The notes beneath the pieces were generated by a model. The model made no database searches and was not told where the DNA came from. It worked only from the letters and a program-made list of their open reading frames with translations. From the NCBI RefSeq assembly GCF_009914755.1, contig NC_060925.1: 64,000 nucleotides of DNA, one strand, 5' to 3'. This document shows, one piece after another, positions 31,693 through 49,250 of the stretch. Position 1 is the stretch's first letter; each line of letters starts with the position of its first letter. Position numbers and translations under genes: made by a program. This DNA is from the human T2T-CHM13v2.0 reference genome, Homo sapiens.

Positions 31693-32109
31693 TTGATTCC
31701 TCTAAGGCAACTCATAAACATATACCAAAGACAGACAATTAATCTGAAAGGAGAAACTAGCCATTTCACTAATTTGACTTCAAAAAATTCTAAAAATAGC
31801 AAGAGTCCAACATAGAAAGCCATAATGTATTTTTGGAAAGTCATTCAAAAATGTATAATTTTTGGATATATCATTTTATGAGCAGGCTAAAGAATTCCTC
31901 TTTCAATAATGAATTAATTCTCCCAGAATTGTTATTAGGGAGGTAAGAAAAAACTGTCCTATCAATCATCACCTCACTGGTAAATGAAAAAAATAAGGGT
32001 CAGAAGGACAAAGGAGCTTGACACAAGTCAAATCATATACTTGAAATCTCATGCTAAAGCATATTATTCACCTTAAAGTTGGATAATGTCAGAATTCTTT
32101 CTACTTTTA

Positions 32110-32416
<307 letters not shown>

Positions 32417-32872
32417 TAAATTCAAAATTACTTCAATAAAAATACTTGCTACATAAGACATTTATAACCAAATACTATCATTTTGTACACTGAATTTCTA
32501 TCACCTTTGGGGAGGGAAGTCTACATAACCGAATGACTTTTACATTCACTGGGTAGATCTAGCTATAGGCCATTTTTGCATTAGTCTAATTTAATAGGAT
32601 ATATTTTAGGTTAATTAATCTTCAGGGATACAAATTTCTTAATAGAGCAGTCAGCAGTATTTTTAAAAATTAACCAAAACATTCCTAAATCATGTGAAGT
32701 AATACATTAGCAAGACTAAAATACCTCACTTCTGCTTCTATTTGTAGACTTCAAAGCTTAACCCTCTGCTTCCCCACCTTCCCATATGCCCCCTTCCACC
32801 CAATGATACCCCTTTCCTCCCACATTCTTCTCTGTCAACTAAAAAATGATCATAGAAAATTTACATTTATCA

Positions 32873-33167
<295 letters not shown>

Positions 33168-33924
33168 CTATATTTATCAAATGACTGAAATTCATTTATA
33201 CTATAACTAATCCTTTAAGTACCTGTATATTAAGCTGGCTAATGGTGAAATGGAAGGCTTAATCCCCCATTTAAGAAGACTGGGACAGCATCATCAAGCA
33301 TATATAGAGATTTTCCATACATGGGGAGCTAGAAATAGGAAATCTGAAATCATGCATTACCTAAAGGTAAACCTGATGTAGTCCTTTCAGGGTGATTTCT
33401 GGGAGTAGAGATGAGTGTCCGACATCACTCTGCCCTACCCAACACAGACTGCTAAAAACACAACTCTCCCCTGACTTGCCTTTCCTTTTTCTCTCTTGCC
33501 TGTTTAGAACATGGCTATTGAACACATCTGTCCGAGCACATCCCTTGACCTTGATTTAAAAATAGGCATTTAAAGCCAATAACATCATCTTAACATAGTA
33601 CAACACTTCTTTTTCTTACTCTTACTAGTGCCATATTTTATGTGATTATCATTTAATTAAGGGACTTTTGGTACTACAATTCTACCCCTTAACAGACAAA
33701 TGCCAAGTTCCTTAATATTTCAACTACCTCTGATATTTAAGATTCTGATTTCTTAAAAGGCATTCTTTTGGAATGTAGCCCTTTCAGCAATGGAGGTATT
33801 ATGGTTTTAAACTCTAGCATTTTTGTTTGTGGATCCCACAAATAATTTGAAAACTATATACCCCCTTGCATATTTTTAAGTTGACATCTACAATTTTTCA
33901 CCATAAGTTTAAATAGTTGCAAAC

Positions 33925-34345
33925 TGCTTTCCATGGCTGTATCATTTTACATCAATGTATGAATCATCCAGTTGCTCTGCGTCCTTGCCAGCATTTGGTG
34001 TTTTCACTATTTTTAATTTTAGTCATTCTGATGATATCTCATCACGGTTTTAATGTGCAATTCCCTAATGGTTAATAAGCTTGAATGTCTTCATCTGTGT
34101 TTACTTGCCATCTATATAGCTTTGGTAAAATGTCTATGCGTGTCTTTTTCCCACTTTCTAACTGGACTATTTTTTAAAACTGAGTTTTGAGAGTTCTTTG
34201 TGATTTGCAAATATTTTCTCCCAGTCTGTAGCTTGTCTTTTCATCTTTTTAACAGGGTCTTTAGCAGAGAAAAAGATTTTAATTTTGATAAGATCAAATT
34301 TATCAATTTTTCCTTTATGAACCATGCTTTTGGTGTCATCTAAGA
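33925..34345 (-). mobile_element. L1M fragment
   Basis: tgtatcattttaca..ccttgccagcatttggtgtt..atttgcaaatattttctcccagtctgtagcttgtc. Confidence 0.8.
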
Positions 34346-34979
34346 ACGTGCAGTAACTATTATTTCTTGCCAGAATGAAATAGGACTCAGCTATTAAAAA
34401 ACAGAATTATCCCTATTTTTTGTTTTTATAACTTTAAGTGGTGAGAAACTTTTTTCACATAAATGAAAAGATAAAAATGGAAGTCTTGTTGTAGCAATTA
34501 TCTCTCAATTCTTGGAAATCTTTTGAGTTATGTGACAAAAATAACAGTAACCTACCATCAAAAATATACTTACTGATCTATTAGTTACTTAGCAGACAAC
34601 TCTATCAGGCCTTCTTTCAGTTCTGTTGACAGCAAAATATTGGAAACTAATATTGCAAAAAACTGTTATCTAGTCATTCCCTGAGACAGTATTTCTCGAC
34701 ATTCACTATCTTAACACAGACACCAAATTTTCAATTGCCCTTTGTTTGGTGTCCTGGTAGTTTTTACATCCAGGGCAATGGACCTTTGTAATATCTAAAA
34801 TGGATTAGCAGTGTGCCTTTCCTTTCTAAAAGTGAGAAAGGATAACGACGCAAGTGAAGGTGGGAAAGCAGAGCACACACCTCCATTCCAAACACATTCT
34901 CTGGCAGAGCAATGTTAGGAAAAACTACATCGGGAATTCAAAAATCTAGAAATTGATTCCCTTAACTATCCACACTCTA

Positions 34980-35321
<342 letters not shown>

Positions 35322-35825
35322 TCAAAAACTAAGAATCAGACAGAAGCAAATTAAGTTGTTGCTTAAAGCATAATAATTAAGGCTTTTAAATTCACCAAAC
35401 CATTCTGCTATCACAGACTGAAAAGGCTTGTTTATCCCTTCTCTGTCCTGGGGGAATAAATTATCTCATGAGTCTTTCTATTTTACCAAATTGCTATTTA
35501 AAAGCTGGTGAAATGTTTAAGCAATTCATTACATTAATATAAAGATCTTTTATAGGACAAAAGCATTATCAAAACCAAGTATGAACAGCATTATGAGTAA
35601 AGTGGAAAGGATATTGTTTACTTAAAACCCATTGAACTCAACCACAAAATTGATTCTAATTTAAGACGCTAATCTTTTAGCAGTTTTTTTTTCTTTTTCT
35701 TTTTTATCAAAATGAACTGTATACAAGATTTTCTGGGGAAAAAAGTTCCATCTTATTTTTATTCCTCTCAAGTTATTTACTCTAATTATCTCGCCTTATT
35801 TTATTGAAATACTTTGTTAATTAGG

Positions 35826-36131
35826 TTTTTTATTTTTATTTATTTTTGAGACAGAGTCTAGCACTGTCACCCAGGCTGGAGTGCAGTGGCGCGATCTTGG
35901 CTGACTGCAACCTCTGCCTCCTTCCTGAGTTCAAGTGATTCTCCTGCCTCAGACTCCCGAGTAGCTGGGATTACAGGCGCCCGCCACCACGCCCAGCTAA
36001 TTTTTTGTATTTTTAGTAGAGACGGGGTTTCACCATGTTGGTCAGGCTGGTCTCGAACTCCTGACCTCATGATTCGCCCGCCTCGGCCTCCCAAAGTGTT
36101 GGGAATACAGGCCTGGGCCACTGCGCCCAGC
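35826..36131 (-). mobile_element. AluS (Sg/Sc-like)
   Basis: Reverse dimer, TSD tttgttaatta. Confidence 0.95.
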
Positions 36132-37607
36132 TAATTTGTTAATTATGTAATGCTTAAATAGACACTGCAGTCATGAAGATAAATAGGGTAGGTAAATATT
36201 AGAAAACAGATGCTGCAGTTTAAAATTCACATCAGGACTTTCAGTTTAAGATGGTAGACTAAAGATACATGTTTGCTACTTACAGCTTGCAAAACCACAC
36301 TCAAATAAGGAAGGCAAAAGAAGCAATAAATCTCTAACAGCTGAAAGAAACAAAGAAAGAAAGAAAAGTAGGAAATTCACCAGCGGATAAAAGATCCAAC
36401 ACATTTCTAGTTTCAAAAAGCAAATGGAATTGTGTTGATGGATGAGGCAGGCAGAGAAAGCCACAGCCCAGAATACTCTACCAGGCAACCTAAAAGGAGC
36501 TGGAAGCCAAACTGCTTCTTGGAATGCTAGAGGGAATCTAGAGAGCCAATCTGTCAGTTGGAACACCTGATGGCTCTGGGCTCCGAGCCAACAGGTACAA
36601 GGGAGGGCAGGAGTGAGAAGTGAGGTTGAAGACGGTGGGAATAATTGAAGATCTGTACCTGGAACTGCACTGGTTGGCACCCCCAACCACCTCCCCCACC
36701 CCACAGAGATCATAGGCAGCCTAGCATTAACCCTTACTCGAAAAACCAGATAGCTGAAAGAACAAACTGCAGAAAGCCAAGGCTTCTAGTGTGGGTATGT
36801 ATAGTCCAACAAGAGTAAAGTACTCCGCTGGCACGAGGGACCCCAGAGCCCAGCATAGGCTCAACCTAGAGCAAACAGGCCAGCCAAGGCATCCCATCCT
36901 ACATACAGGGCTCAGTCAGGCATCCATTCCGGTGATAGGTCTAATGGGAAAACAGACTAACTTTTAAAACAGCAGAGGAAAGCCACACCAGTTACCTAGT
37001 CCTTCTTTCTAAAATATGAACAGACAACCAACAATCACCAAGCACATGAGAAAGTCCAGCAGCATGAAAAAGAAGAGCTAAGATAAACATATAGAAAATA
37101 AAATCTCTGAAAGGAATGAAGACAATTACAGAGCATAAGAAAACATTAAAAAATAAAATTGTTATAATCAAAATACTGAAGAGGATGGTGCATCCACATA
37201 AACTATGAATAGGAAACCATAAAAAGAAACAAATAACTTTTAAATTAAATATAAGATCCTTAGAGTTTAAAAAGTGGTTAGAAAAGGAAAGAAAATCAAC
37301 AAACGATCTGGAAAATAAAATTGAGAAACTCAACAATGAAAGTACATGAATAAAAGATAAAAATAATAGAGAAGCTAGAAAAGACATAAAGAACCAATCC
37401 AATAGCTCCACCATTTGACTAGGAAGAGCTCTAGAAGGAAGAAACAGAGGAAAAAGAAGGGAGAAACTATTCAACAAATAATATAATTTCCCAGAGCTGA
37501 GAAAGGATCCAAGTCTTAAGATTCAAAGGGCTCAGTGAGTACCCATACAACTGATAAAAGAACCCTATTTATACATTTTCTCTGGAAACTTCAAAATAAA
37601 AATATAA

Positions 37608-38106
<499 letters not shown>

Positions 38107-39831
38107 AAAGACAGTTTTAGACATGAAAGCACTCGAAAAGTTTACTTCCCACACATCCTTGCCAAAGAAGAAGATGGCACAGATTAGGACAAGGAAAGAC
38201 TTAGGGTCCTGAGAACAGTGACACCAACCAATGAGAAGAAGAGAGGGAAATCCTAGGAAGCCAGTTGTGTAGTAGGCCTAGAAAAGCATCCGGTCACCAT
38301 GGGAACGCAAGCATGGAGGAGGGAGGTTTCTGGTAAGAAGAAAAAAAAGAAGGATTTCACCACAGAATATGAAATATAAGTGAGAGTACAGAAAAAATAA
38401 GGCTATGATAAAGGAAGATGGTGCCAGAAAAAGAAGGCAATTAGAAACTCCCTGCAAAAATTTTTAAAAAGGAAGGAAAAAAGACAAATAGCATTAAAAA
38501 GCTACATTTCAAACAGGAAACAAGCTTGTATGTACCCTGATTACAAGGAACTGATAGAGTGTGAGAAAAGAGGATCCAGTTACTATTAATGTTGAAGTTT
38601 TGAGAGCCCAGGGTCATTACCCTGGCCCCAGCAAGAAGAAAAAGTAGTCCTAACATAGAGTTGGCTCTGCACTAAATAATATTTATAGAATCATATTTTA
38701 GGGGGTACTAAAATTAGAAATGTCTTTCATCTTAGGCAAGAACTAACTTTGATGTATTTGGTCTCAAGACATAAACTTCAGGATCCTAAGAGAAAGAGTG
38801 GCCAAAAGTATCTCACTCCTTTTCTATTTTCTATAAACACAGAATCAAATGATACCTAGTTCCTTCCTGCAATTAACTCCCTGAAGGTGAGAGTCATTTT
38901 CATTATTTGAATGGTCCAGAACTCCAGAAGAAGCTCAGTTCACTTGGATTTGGGGAGCGGATGACAGAAGAAATGTCCACTTTCTGCAGCTAAGTGTAAC
39001 CAGGTAATTATTGCAAAAGACAAATACTGCATATTGACTGTTCAGGGGAGAAACTGTGGCCGATGGACAGTGATTTCAAATCATAATTCTGTTACTTCAT
39101 TAGGGATCCCAAAGGCTAGGTTTTAATTATTATTTTTTAATAGAAACGTCAAAAAGCAAACAAGCATGATTTCTAAATACAAGGGACTTTTTAATAGGGA
39201 ATTTACAAACATCACATGTTCTTTTCCCTATTGGCAGAAATATGGTCTAGCTTCTGGGAAGGGACAAATCCTTGTAGTAATGTGCTAAATAACAAGGGGC
39301 AATTGTTGAGGTCTGTTAATTCTACGTGCTTCCTATAATAAAAGGAAAATAACTATAAGCTGCAGACAATGGGTTTCAGGTTTATAAGGGAGATTTTCCT
39401 TTATGGAAGAATTAACAAGTCATAATAATATAATATTATTTATAGTTCTCATATTCAAAATTCAACTTATATGGAGACTTGGTTGTATAAAAGGAAAAAA
39501 TATAAATGTTATCAACTTTGGCAGTGTAAAATTAAAAGTAGCTGACAGAAAGTGGGAAGTAGAAGAGAGGAAAAAACAGGTAGAAAAAGGAGCACATGTT
39601 CTCATGTCCCTTCTAAAAAAGGGGAGAGTCAAGAAAGACTGTCAAAAGCGGATAAAATAAGAAACAGTTGTTATTTCTGAGGTTACCAAGTTAAGCAACA
39701 GAATAAGTTAAATTAAAATTACAACTATCAAACAATGGAGAGGGATAATGATGTGAGAAAACTAAATATTCATTTTTTAACACCAAGTTAGCAAATATTA
39801 ACTAAACTTGATAAATCAAGAAACAGAGGTA

Positions 39832-40149
<318 letters not shown>

Positions 40150-40159
40150 CTATTATGTA

Positions 40160-40360
40160 GAGCAGTGATCTCCAAATTTTTTTGATAATGCAATCCTTTC
40201 AGGAAAATAGTAATAAGCACAAATCCCTGATATAATTATATTTAGTTATTTCTATTCTATGTAAAACTACGACTATACTCATCTATTATATGTATATAGT
40301 AACTTACACAAAAATAAAAGTTTTAAGTATGTAAGAATAATTTTGAATGCATTTTTCAAG
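40160..40360. mobile_element. hAT-Charlie-like DNA transposon fragment
   Basis: cagtgatctccaaattttttga terminus followed by AT-rich internal sequence. Confidence 0.45.
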
Positions 40361-40454
40361 GCGGGGAAATACTTATAATAATACATCAAAATACAGAAAA
40401 TCATCAGTTATTCTTATACAAAAATAAACATTTTAAGATATTTTTTAAAAGTAT

Positions 40455-41590
40455 ATAAGCTGGGCAAATGATCTGAACAGACATTTCTCAAAAGAAGACA
40501 TACAAATGGTCAAAACAAGGATAAGAAAATCATCAGGGAAATGCAAATCAAAACTACAATGAGCTATCATCTCACCCCAGTTAGAATGGCTATTACCAAA
40601 AAGACAAAAAATAACAAATACTGGCAAAGATGCAGAGAAAAGGGAACTCTTATACACAGTTGGTGGGAATATAAATTAGTACAGCCATTATGGGAAAGAT
40701 TATGGAGGTTCTTCAAAAAAACTACAAACAGAATTACCATATAATGCAGCAATCCCACTACTGGGTATTTATCCAAAGGAAAGGAAATCAGTATGGAGAG
40801 ACAGCTGTACTTCCATGTTTACTGCAGCATGATTCACAATAGCCAAGATAGGGAATCAATCAAAGTAATGGAATACTATTCAGCCACAGAAAACAATGAA
40901 ATCTTGTCTTTCACGGCAATATGGATGAGCCTGCAGGACAGTATGTTAAGTGAAACAAGCCAGGCGCAGCAAGATAAATACCACATGTTTTCACTCATAT
41001 GTGGAAACTAAAACAGTTGATCTCATAGAAATAGATAGTAGAATGGTGGTTACCAGAGGTAGGAAAAGGTACGGGGGACAGAGGAATAGCTAAAGATTGG
41101 TTAACCGACACAAAAGTGCAGCTAGATAGGAGGAATAAGTTCTAGTATTCTACAGCACTGTAGAGTGACTCTAGTTAACAATAATTTATTGCATATTTTC
41201 AAATAGCTAGGAGAGGATTTTGTATGTTCCCAGTTTAAAGAAATGATAAAAGTTTAAGGGGATAGACGTGCTAATTATCCTGATTTGATCATTATACTTA
41301 CATGGAGACTTGGTTGTACAATAGGAAAAAATATAAATGTTATCAACTTTGGCAGTATAAAAGTAAAAGTGTAGCTGACAGAAAGTGGGAGGGACATTCC
41401 AAGGCAAAGAGGAAAGGTAGGGTAGACATGTTGACACATGAGACAGCATGTTGTCTGGAAAACTGGAAGTTTTTCAGGATTGCTAGAGCAAATGGTACAT
41501 GAGGTGGTGGTGGCAGGAATGGAACATGTATTGAAATATCACATTGTACCCCATAAATATGTACAATTATGTGTCAACTAAAAATAATTT
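40455..41590 (+). mobile_element. L1MA 3' end
   Basis: gacatttctcaaaagaagacatacaaatgg, ctagataggaggaataagttctag, gtaccccataaatatgtacaattat. Confidence 0.9.
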
Positions 41591-41619
41591 TTAAAAACTT
41601 TTTTAAAAAGGTAATTAAC

Positions 41620-42249
<630 letters not shown>

Positions 42250-42449
42250 AGTTAACTTCATTTTTTTAAAGCAGCATACAAATAAAGAACCAACGATTTG
42301 ACATTCTTCTTACCCACTTCTCTACCCTCCCACTCCCACCCCCAAAATTAGAACTTCACCTTCCTTCAGGAAGTATTTGGGGAACTTAAAAAACTTAATA
42401 AAGTTAATATACTTTCCAAAATGTATACAATAAATAAAATTTCAAATAA

Positions 42450-42744
<295 letters not shown>

Positions 42745-43054
42745 CAATAATTTCTTTCAGTACTCAAATTAAGAATCTTATGAACCTCCCAGGATGTGTA
42801 CAGTTTTCTTTAGAGATATAGCTATAGAAGTAAGAGGCATAGTAACCAGGAAATCCAAAAATATAAATGGTTAAAGAGAGGCTACCTTTAGGGAATAAAG
42901 CTAGGGGCAGGATGAAGTGGAAGGAGAAACATAGTTTGTATCATAAGCTCATCTATACTATTTGACTTGCTGTGTACACATTCTTTCAGATAAGGAATTA
43001 GTTTATCTAATCAGTTCTATAAAACTCTGTATCTTTACAATTATGTATGCTGAT

Positions 43055-43775
43055 TCATTTCATTCAACAAATATTTTTTCCTCATCTGCTCTGCCCTAGC
43101 CACAAAAGACAGAGAAAACTGACATTTTAGCTCTCAAAGAGATCACAGTCTGGGATGGAAGAAGGATATGGAAACCACTGACAACATTTCAGTCTTCTAA
43201 GTGCTTAAGAGAAGAGCATGCCAGGTATCATGCACTCGCAGTTTGGGTCACAGAAGAGGTACACTAATACTGTGGAGTATTAAGGAGGGACTGCTGAAAG
43301 GTCACTTCCTCTTTGAGTTGAGACTTAAAGGACAAGTAAAAAAAAGACAATAAACCAGATGAATGGGTATGGAGAGCAAATGGGGAAAGGACATTCTAAG
43401 GCAAAGAGGAAAGGTGGGGTGGACACGTTGACACATGAGAGAGAGCATGTTGTCTGGAAACTGGAAGTTTTTCAGGATTGATAGAGCAAATGGTGCACAA
43501 GGTGGTAGTGGCAGGAATGGAACGACAATATAGGAAGGGGCAAGAAATGAAGAGCGGTGCTCAGAACTCTGCATAGACTCCTAAAGGCAATGGGAAGCCA
43601 CTGAAGGATTTCACCAGCAGGAAGGGAGACCTGAACAAATTACTTTGGAAGCAATGTGGAGGATAGATCTGAAAGGGTTAGACTGGGCTATTACAATGGG
43701 CCTAATTAGACAAAAGGAGATGTGAATTACAGTAACAGCAGAAGAATGAAGATGAGATGATGCATTCAAAAGTTA
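43055..43775 (-). mobile_element. L2 3' fragment
   Basis: ttcattcaacaaatatt tail and ggcaatgggaagccactgaaggattt motif. Confidence 0.75.
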
Positions 43776-43776
43776 T

Positions 43777-43900
43777 TTGGGAGGCGGGAGGATAGCTTGC
43801 TTGAGCCTGGGACGACGCTGCAGTGAGCTATGATTGTGCCACTGCACTCCAGTCTAGGAAACAGAGGGAGAGCCTGTCTCAAACAAACAAACAAAAAAGA
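43777..43900 (+). mobile_element. Alu right-arm fragment
   Basis: gctgcagtgagctatgattgtgccactgcactccag plus (CAAA)n tail. Confidence 0.88.
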
Positions 43901-44147
43901 ATAGTGTTTATGGTAAAAACAAGTATTTCCAAATGTAATTGTTAGCAGCTATTTTCATTTTCCTTCCTTTAATAAACATCCAAGACTCCTTTCATAGTTA
44001 TTGCCAGAAGGATTAATATAATCATAGCTCTCTTATAAAAATCTCTTGCTTTGGTACCACCGTTAAACCTAATACTAATAGGAAAGAAACAAAGTATTTT
44101 AAGAAATAATTACTTTTTTTTACTATTAGAATTCAATTATATCTTCC

Positions 44148-44804
44148 TGTGGAGGCAGAATTCTATAGATATCCACCAACATTTCCACCCTCTGGTTATT
44201 TCAAATACTAATCCAAGTACTGCTGTGAAGGAGGGACTTTGCAAGTGGAACTAAGGTTACTACTCAGATGACTTTAAAATAGAGATTATCCTGGATTATC
44301 TGAGTGGATCCAACGCAATCATACGAGCTCTTAAAAGCAGAAGAGGAAGGCAGAGGAGTTAGTAAGATGAGGCAGAAGAGGGAGGCAGAGAGATGTGAAA
44401 CAAAGGACTCCACCCATAGTTGCTGGCTTTGAAGTTGGAGAAAGGGAAACATGAACCATGAACCATGAACCATGAAATGCAGGTGGCCTCTAGAGGCTGA
44501 GAACAATCCTCAGCCAGCAGCCAGCAAGGAAATGGAGACTCAGTCCTGCAACCACATGTAACTGAATTCTGACAACTGGAAAGAATCTGGAAGCCGAATC
44601 ATTCCCAAAACTCTAGAAAGAAACTCAGCCCTGGTGACACTGATTTCAACCTTGTGAAACTTGGAGCAGAGAAACAGCTGAGTCACACTGTGCCCTGACT
44701 TCTAAGTTAACAAAACTCTGAGATCAGGGTACAAACAAATGGGCGTTGTTTTAAGCCACTAAATTTGTGGTAATTCGTTACAGGAGCACTGGAAAACTAA
44801 TACT
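44148..44804 (+). mobile_element. MLT1E-like MaLR solo LTR
   Basis: tgtggaggcagaattct start, gagattatcctggattatc, gttttaagccactaaatttgtggtaatt, ggaaaactaatac end. Confidence 0.85.
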
Positions 44805-45120
44805 CTTTATTTAATCACTGACTTCAAATATGCTCTGTCAAATCTCATTTTTCTATTAAGAGATGTAACTTTGAACAGAGTTCATACATTTCCAGTCATA
44901 CTCAATTACTATAAAATCCAGTCTAATTTACTTTCCCCAAACTAATTTTGAAAATGTTTAAACCTACAGAAAATTTAAAAGACTAATACAATGAATACTC
45001 TTATACCCTATACCTACCTATATTTATCAACTGCTAACATTGTTCTAATTTATTTGCCTTTTCACTCTTCCTAAATATACATAAATACTCCCCCGCCCCC
45101 CACCCTCTCCTTCTCTGTAT

Positions 45121-45411
45121 CAGGCATTCTAAACTGTAGATGATTTTGCCCCCCAGAGGACAACTTATCATCAGGAAAATGAAATTAAAACTACAATGAA
45201 ATACCAACTCACACCCATGAGAATGGCCACTCTTTAAAAAAAAAAAAAAAACACACAAATGTCTGGAGACATATCTGATAGTCACTACTGGGGGAATGCT
45301 ACTGATATCTAACGGGTAGAGCCCATGGATGCTGCTAAACATCCTGCAACACCAAGTCCCACACAATTATCCAGCCCAAAATATCAATAATGCTGAGATT
45401 AAGAAACCCTG
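45121..45411. mobile_element. MER20 hAT element carrying an internal L1-derived insert
   Basis: gattttgcccccc..aatgtctggagaca..ggatgctgctaaacatcct..aattatccagcccaaaa..gaaaccctg. Confidence 0.85.
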
Positions 45412-45488
45412 CTTTCTGTATATGTATATACAAACATTTTTTTCCTGAACCATTTGTAAGTAAATTACAGACATTATGATACTTTTTA

Positions 45489-45802
<314 letters not shown>

Positions 45803-46269
45803 CACTACAGTTTATATTTTCTGAAAACCAGAACACTATCCCATACAGCACAATTTAACATTGATACAATACTACTATCCAATATGTAATCCATTTTCAA
45901 ATTTCCCCGTAATCTAAAAAAAATCCTTTATGGCTTTTTTTTTAAAAAAAATACAGGATCCAATGAAAGGTACATAGGATGGCAGCCTGATCAACATTCT
46001 AGATTTAAAATAAATAAGGAGTCCCAATTTTCAAGCAGTGGGGGACAGGGAGTAAAACTTGTGGCACTAGCTCTAAGATCTAATAATAGTCTATGACTCT
46101 GATACTATGCTACATCTGAAATGGATGTACTAATTCAGAAGCTTGTTAATACATTAAAATCTCTCTTGGAAGAATATCTTCAAACATGTTTACCCTGTTC
46201 TTAAGAAAGGGGAACTCTGCTCACAATAACACATAACCCTGTTGAATAAATATCAATCTGAAACAACAA

Positions 46270-47090
46270 ATCAAGAAGGAACTTTCTCCAAAGAAGATAT
46301 ACAAATGGCCAAAAAGCATATGAAAAGATGTTCAACACCACTAATCATCAGGAAAGTGAATAAAAACTAAAACAAGGTATCAGCTCACGCCCGTGAGAAT
46401 GGTCACTCTTAAAAAAAAAAAAAGAAAAGTGCAGACGGGGATGTGGAAAAATTGAAACCCTTGTGTATTGTTGGTGGGAATGTAAAAGGGTAAAGCCACT
46501 TTGGAAAACAGTATGAAGGTTGCTAAAAAAATTAAAAATAGAATTACCATGTGATCCAACAATCCCACTTCTGGATATACAAAAAAATTGAAAGCAAGAT
46601 CTCAAAGAGATATTTGCACTCCCATGTTCATTGTAGTACAATTCACAATAGCCAAGAGGTAGAGGCAACCTAAATGTTCATCGACTAATGAATGGATAAA
46701 GGAAATGTGGAATATACATACAATGGAATACTATTCACCTTTAAAAAAGAAGGAAATCCTGTCATAATCTACATGGGTGACATTATGTTAAGTGAAATAA
46801 GGCAGTCACAAAAAGACAAATGCTGTGTGATTCCACTTATATGAAGTATAAAGCAGTCTAATGGAAACAGAAAGCAGAATGTGGTCACCAAGGGCCAGGG
46901 GCAGGAGGAAATGAGGAGTCGTTCAATGGGTAGAGTTTCGACTTTGCAGGATGAAGAAGTTCTAGAGATCTGCTGCACAGATCTTTGTTGCTGCACAAAG
47001 TGCATAAAATAGTTAATACTACTATACTATATGCTTAAAAATGGTTAAGATAGCAAATTTTATGTGCTTTTGACCATAATTTAAAAAAAC
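46270..47090 (+). mobile_element. L1MB 3' end
   Basis: tctccaaagaagatatacaaatggcc, tctcaaagagatatttgcac, ttaaaaatggttaagat. Confidence 0.88.
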
Positions 47091-47347
47091 AAAAAATGAA
47101 ACAGAAAAAAATAACCACCATTCCATGATCACACCTAAGAAAGATAACTATTTAATTTCATTAAATACCCAATCAACAACAAAAAAGGAATTGCTTATTT
47201 TCAAAGATAAATTCATTTACTAATATTTTGGGTTATTAAAACATGCACATTGCAATATCCTGGTTTTCTAAACTCGCATACTTCGTAGATTAAAAAGTTT
47301 TAAAGGAAAATTATTTGCAAATGATTTGAACATCTAGAAATGAATAT

Positions 47348-47871
<524 letters not shown>

Positions 47872-48582
47872 TAAAATGATGGTATTTAACAGGATGATAT
47901 AGTGTTGCTTTTAGAAACAACTTTTAAAAATAAAAACAATAAAATGTACCTAACTGCTACAAAAAAAGAAAACTTTCATGGAGAATAAAAAATAATACTA
48001 TAATCCATCAAGATGAAAAACTGGGGCACTCCACAAAAAAACCTGCACACAGATGTTTATGTAGCAGCCTTATTCATAATTGCCAAATACTGGAAGCAAC
48101 TAAGATGCCCTTCAGTAAGTGAATGGATAAACTGTGGTACACCCAGACAACGAAATATTATTCAGCGTTAAAAAGAAATGAGCTATTAAGCCATGAAAAG
48201 CCATAGAGGAGACGTAAATGCATATTACTAAGTGAAAGAAGCCTATTTGAAAAGGCTACCTAAAATACTACGTGATTCCAACTAGATGACATTTTAGAAA
48301 AAGGCAAAACTATGGAGACAATAAAGACCAGTGGCTTTTGGGGGCTCAGTGGGGACAGAAGGATAAATAAGCAGAGCACAGATTTTTAAGGCAGTGAAAC
48401 TACACTCTATACAATAATGATGGATACATGTCATTATGCATTTATCCAAACACACTGAATGTACAACACAAAGAATGAACTCTAATGTAAAACTATGGAC
48501 TTTGGGTGATAATACATCAGTGTAAGTTCATTAACTCTAAAACATGTACCATTATGTGGGGGATGTTAAATATAGGGGAGGG

Positions 48583-49250
<668 letters not shown>

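Noticed and set aside
36992-37477. 161-aa hydrophobic membrane-protein-like ORF
   Set aside because: Antisense reading of A-rich decayed LINE ORF1 sequence gives Phe/Leu-rich artefacts.
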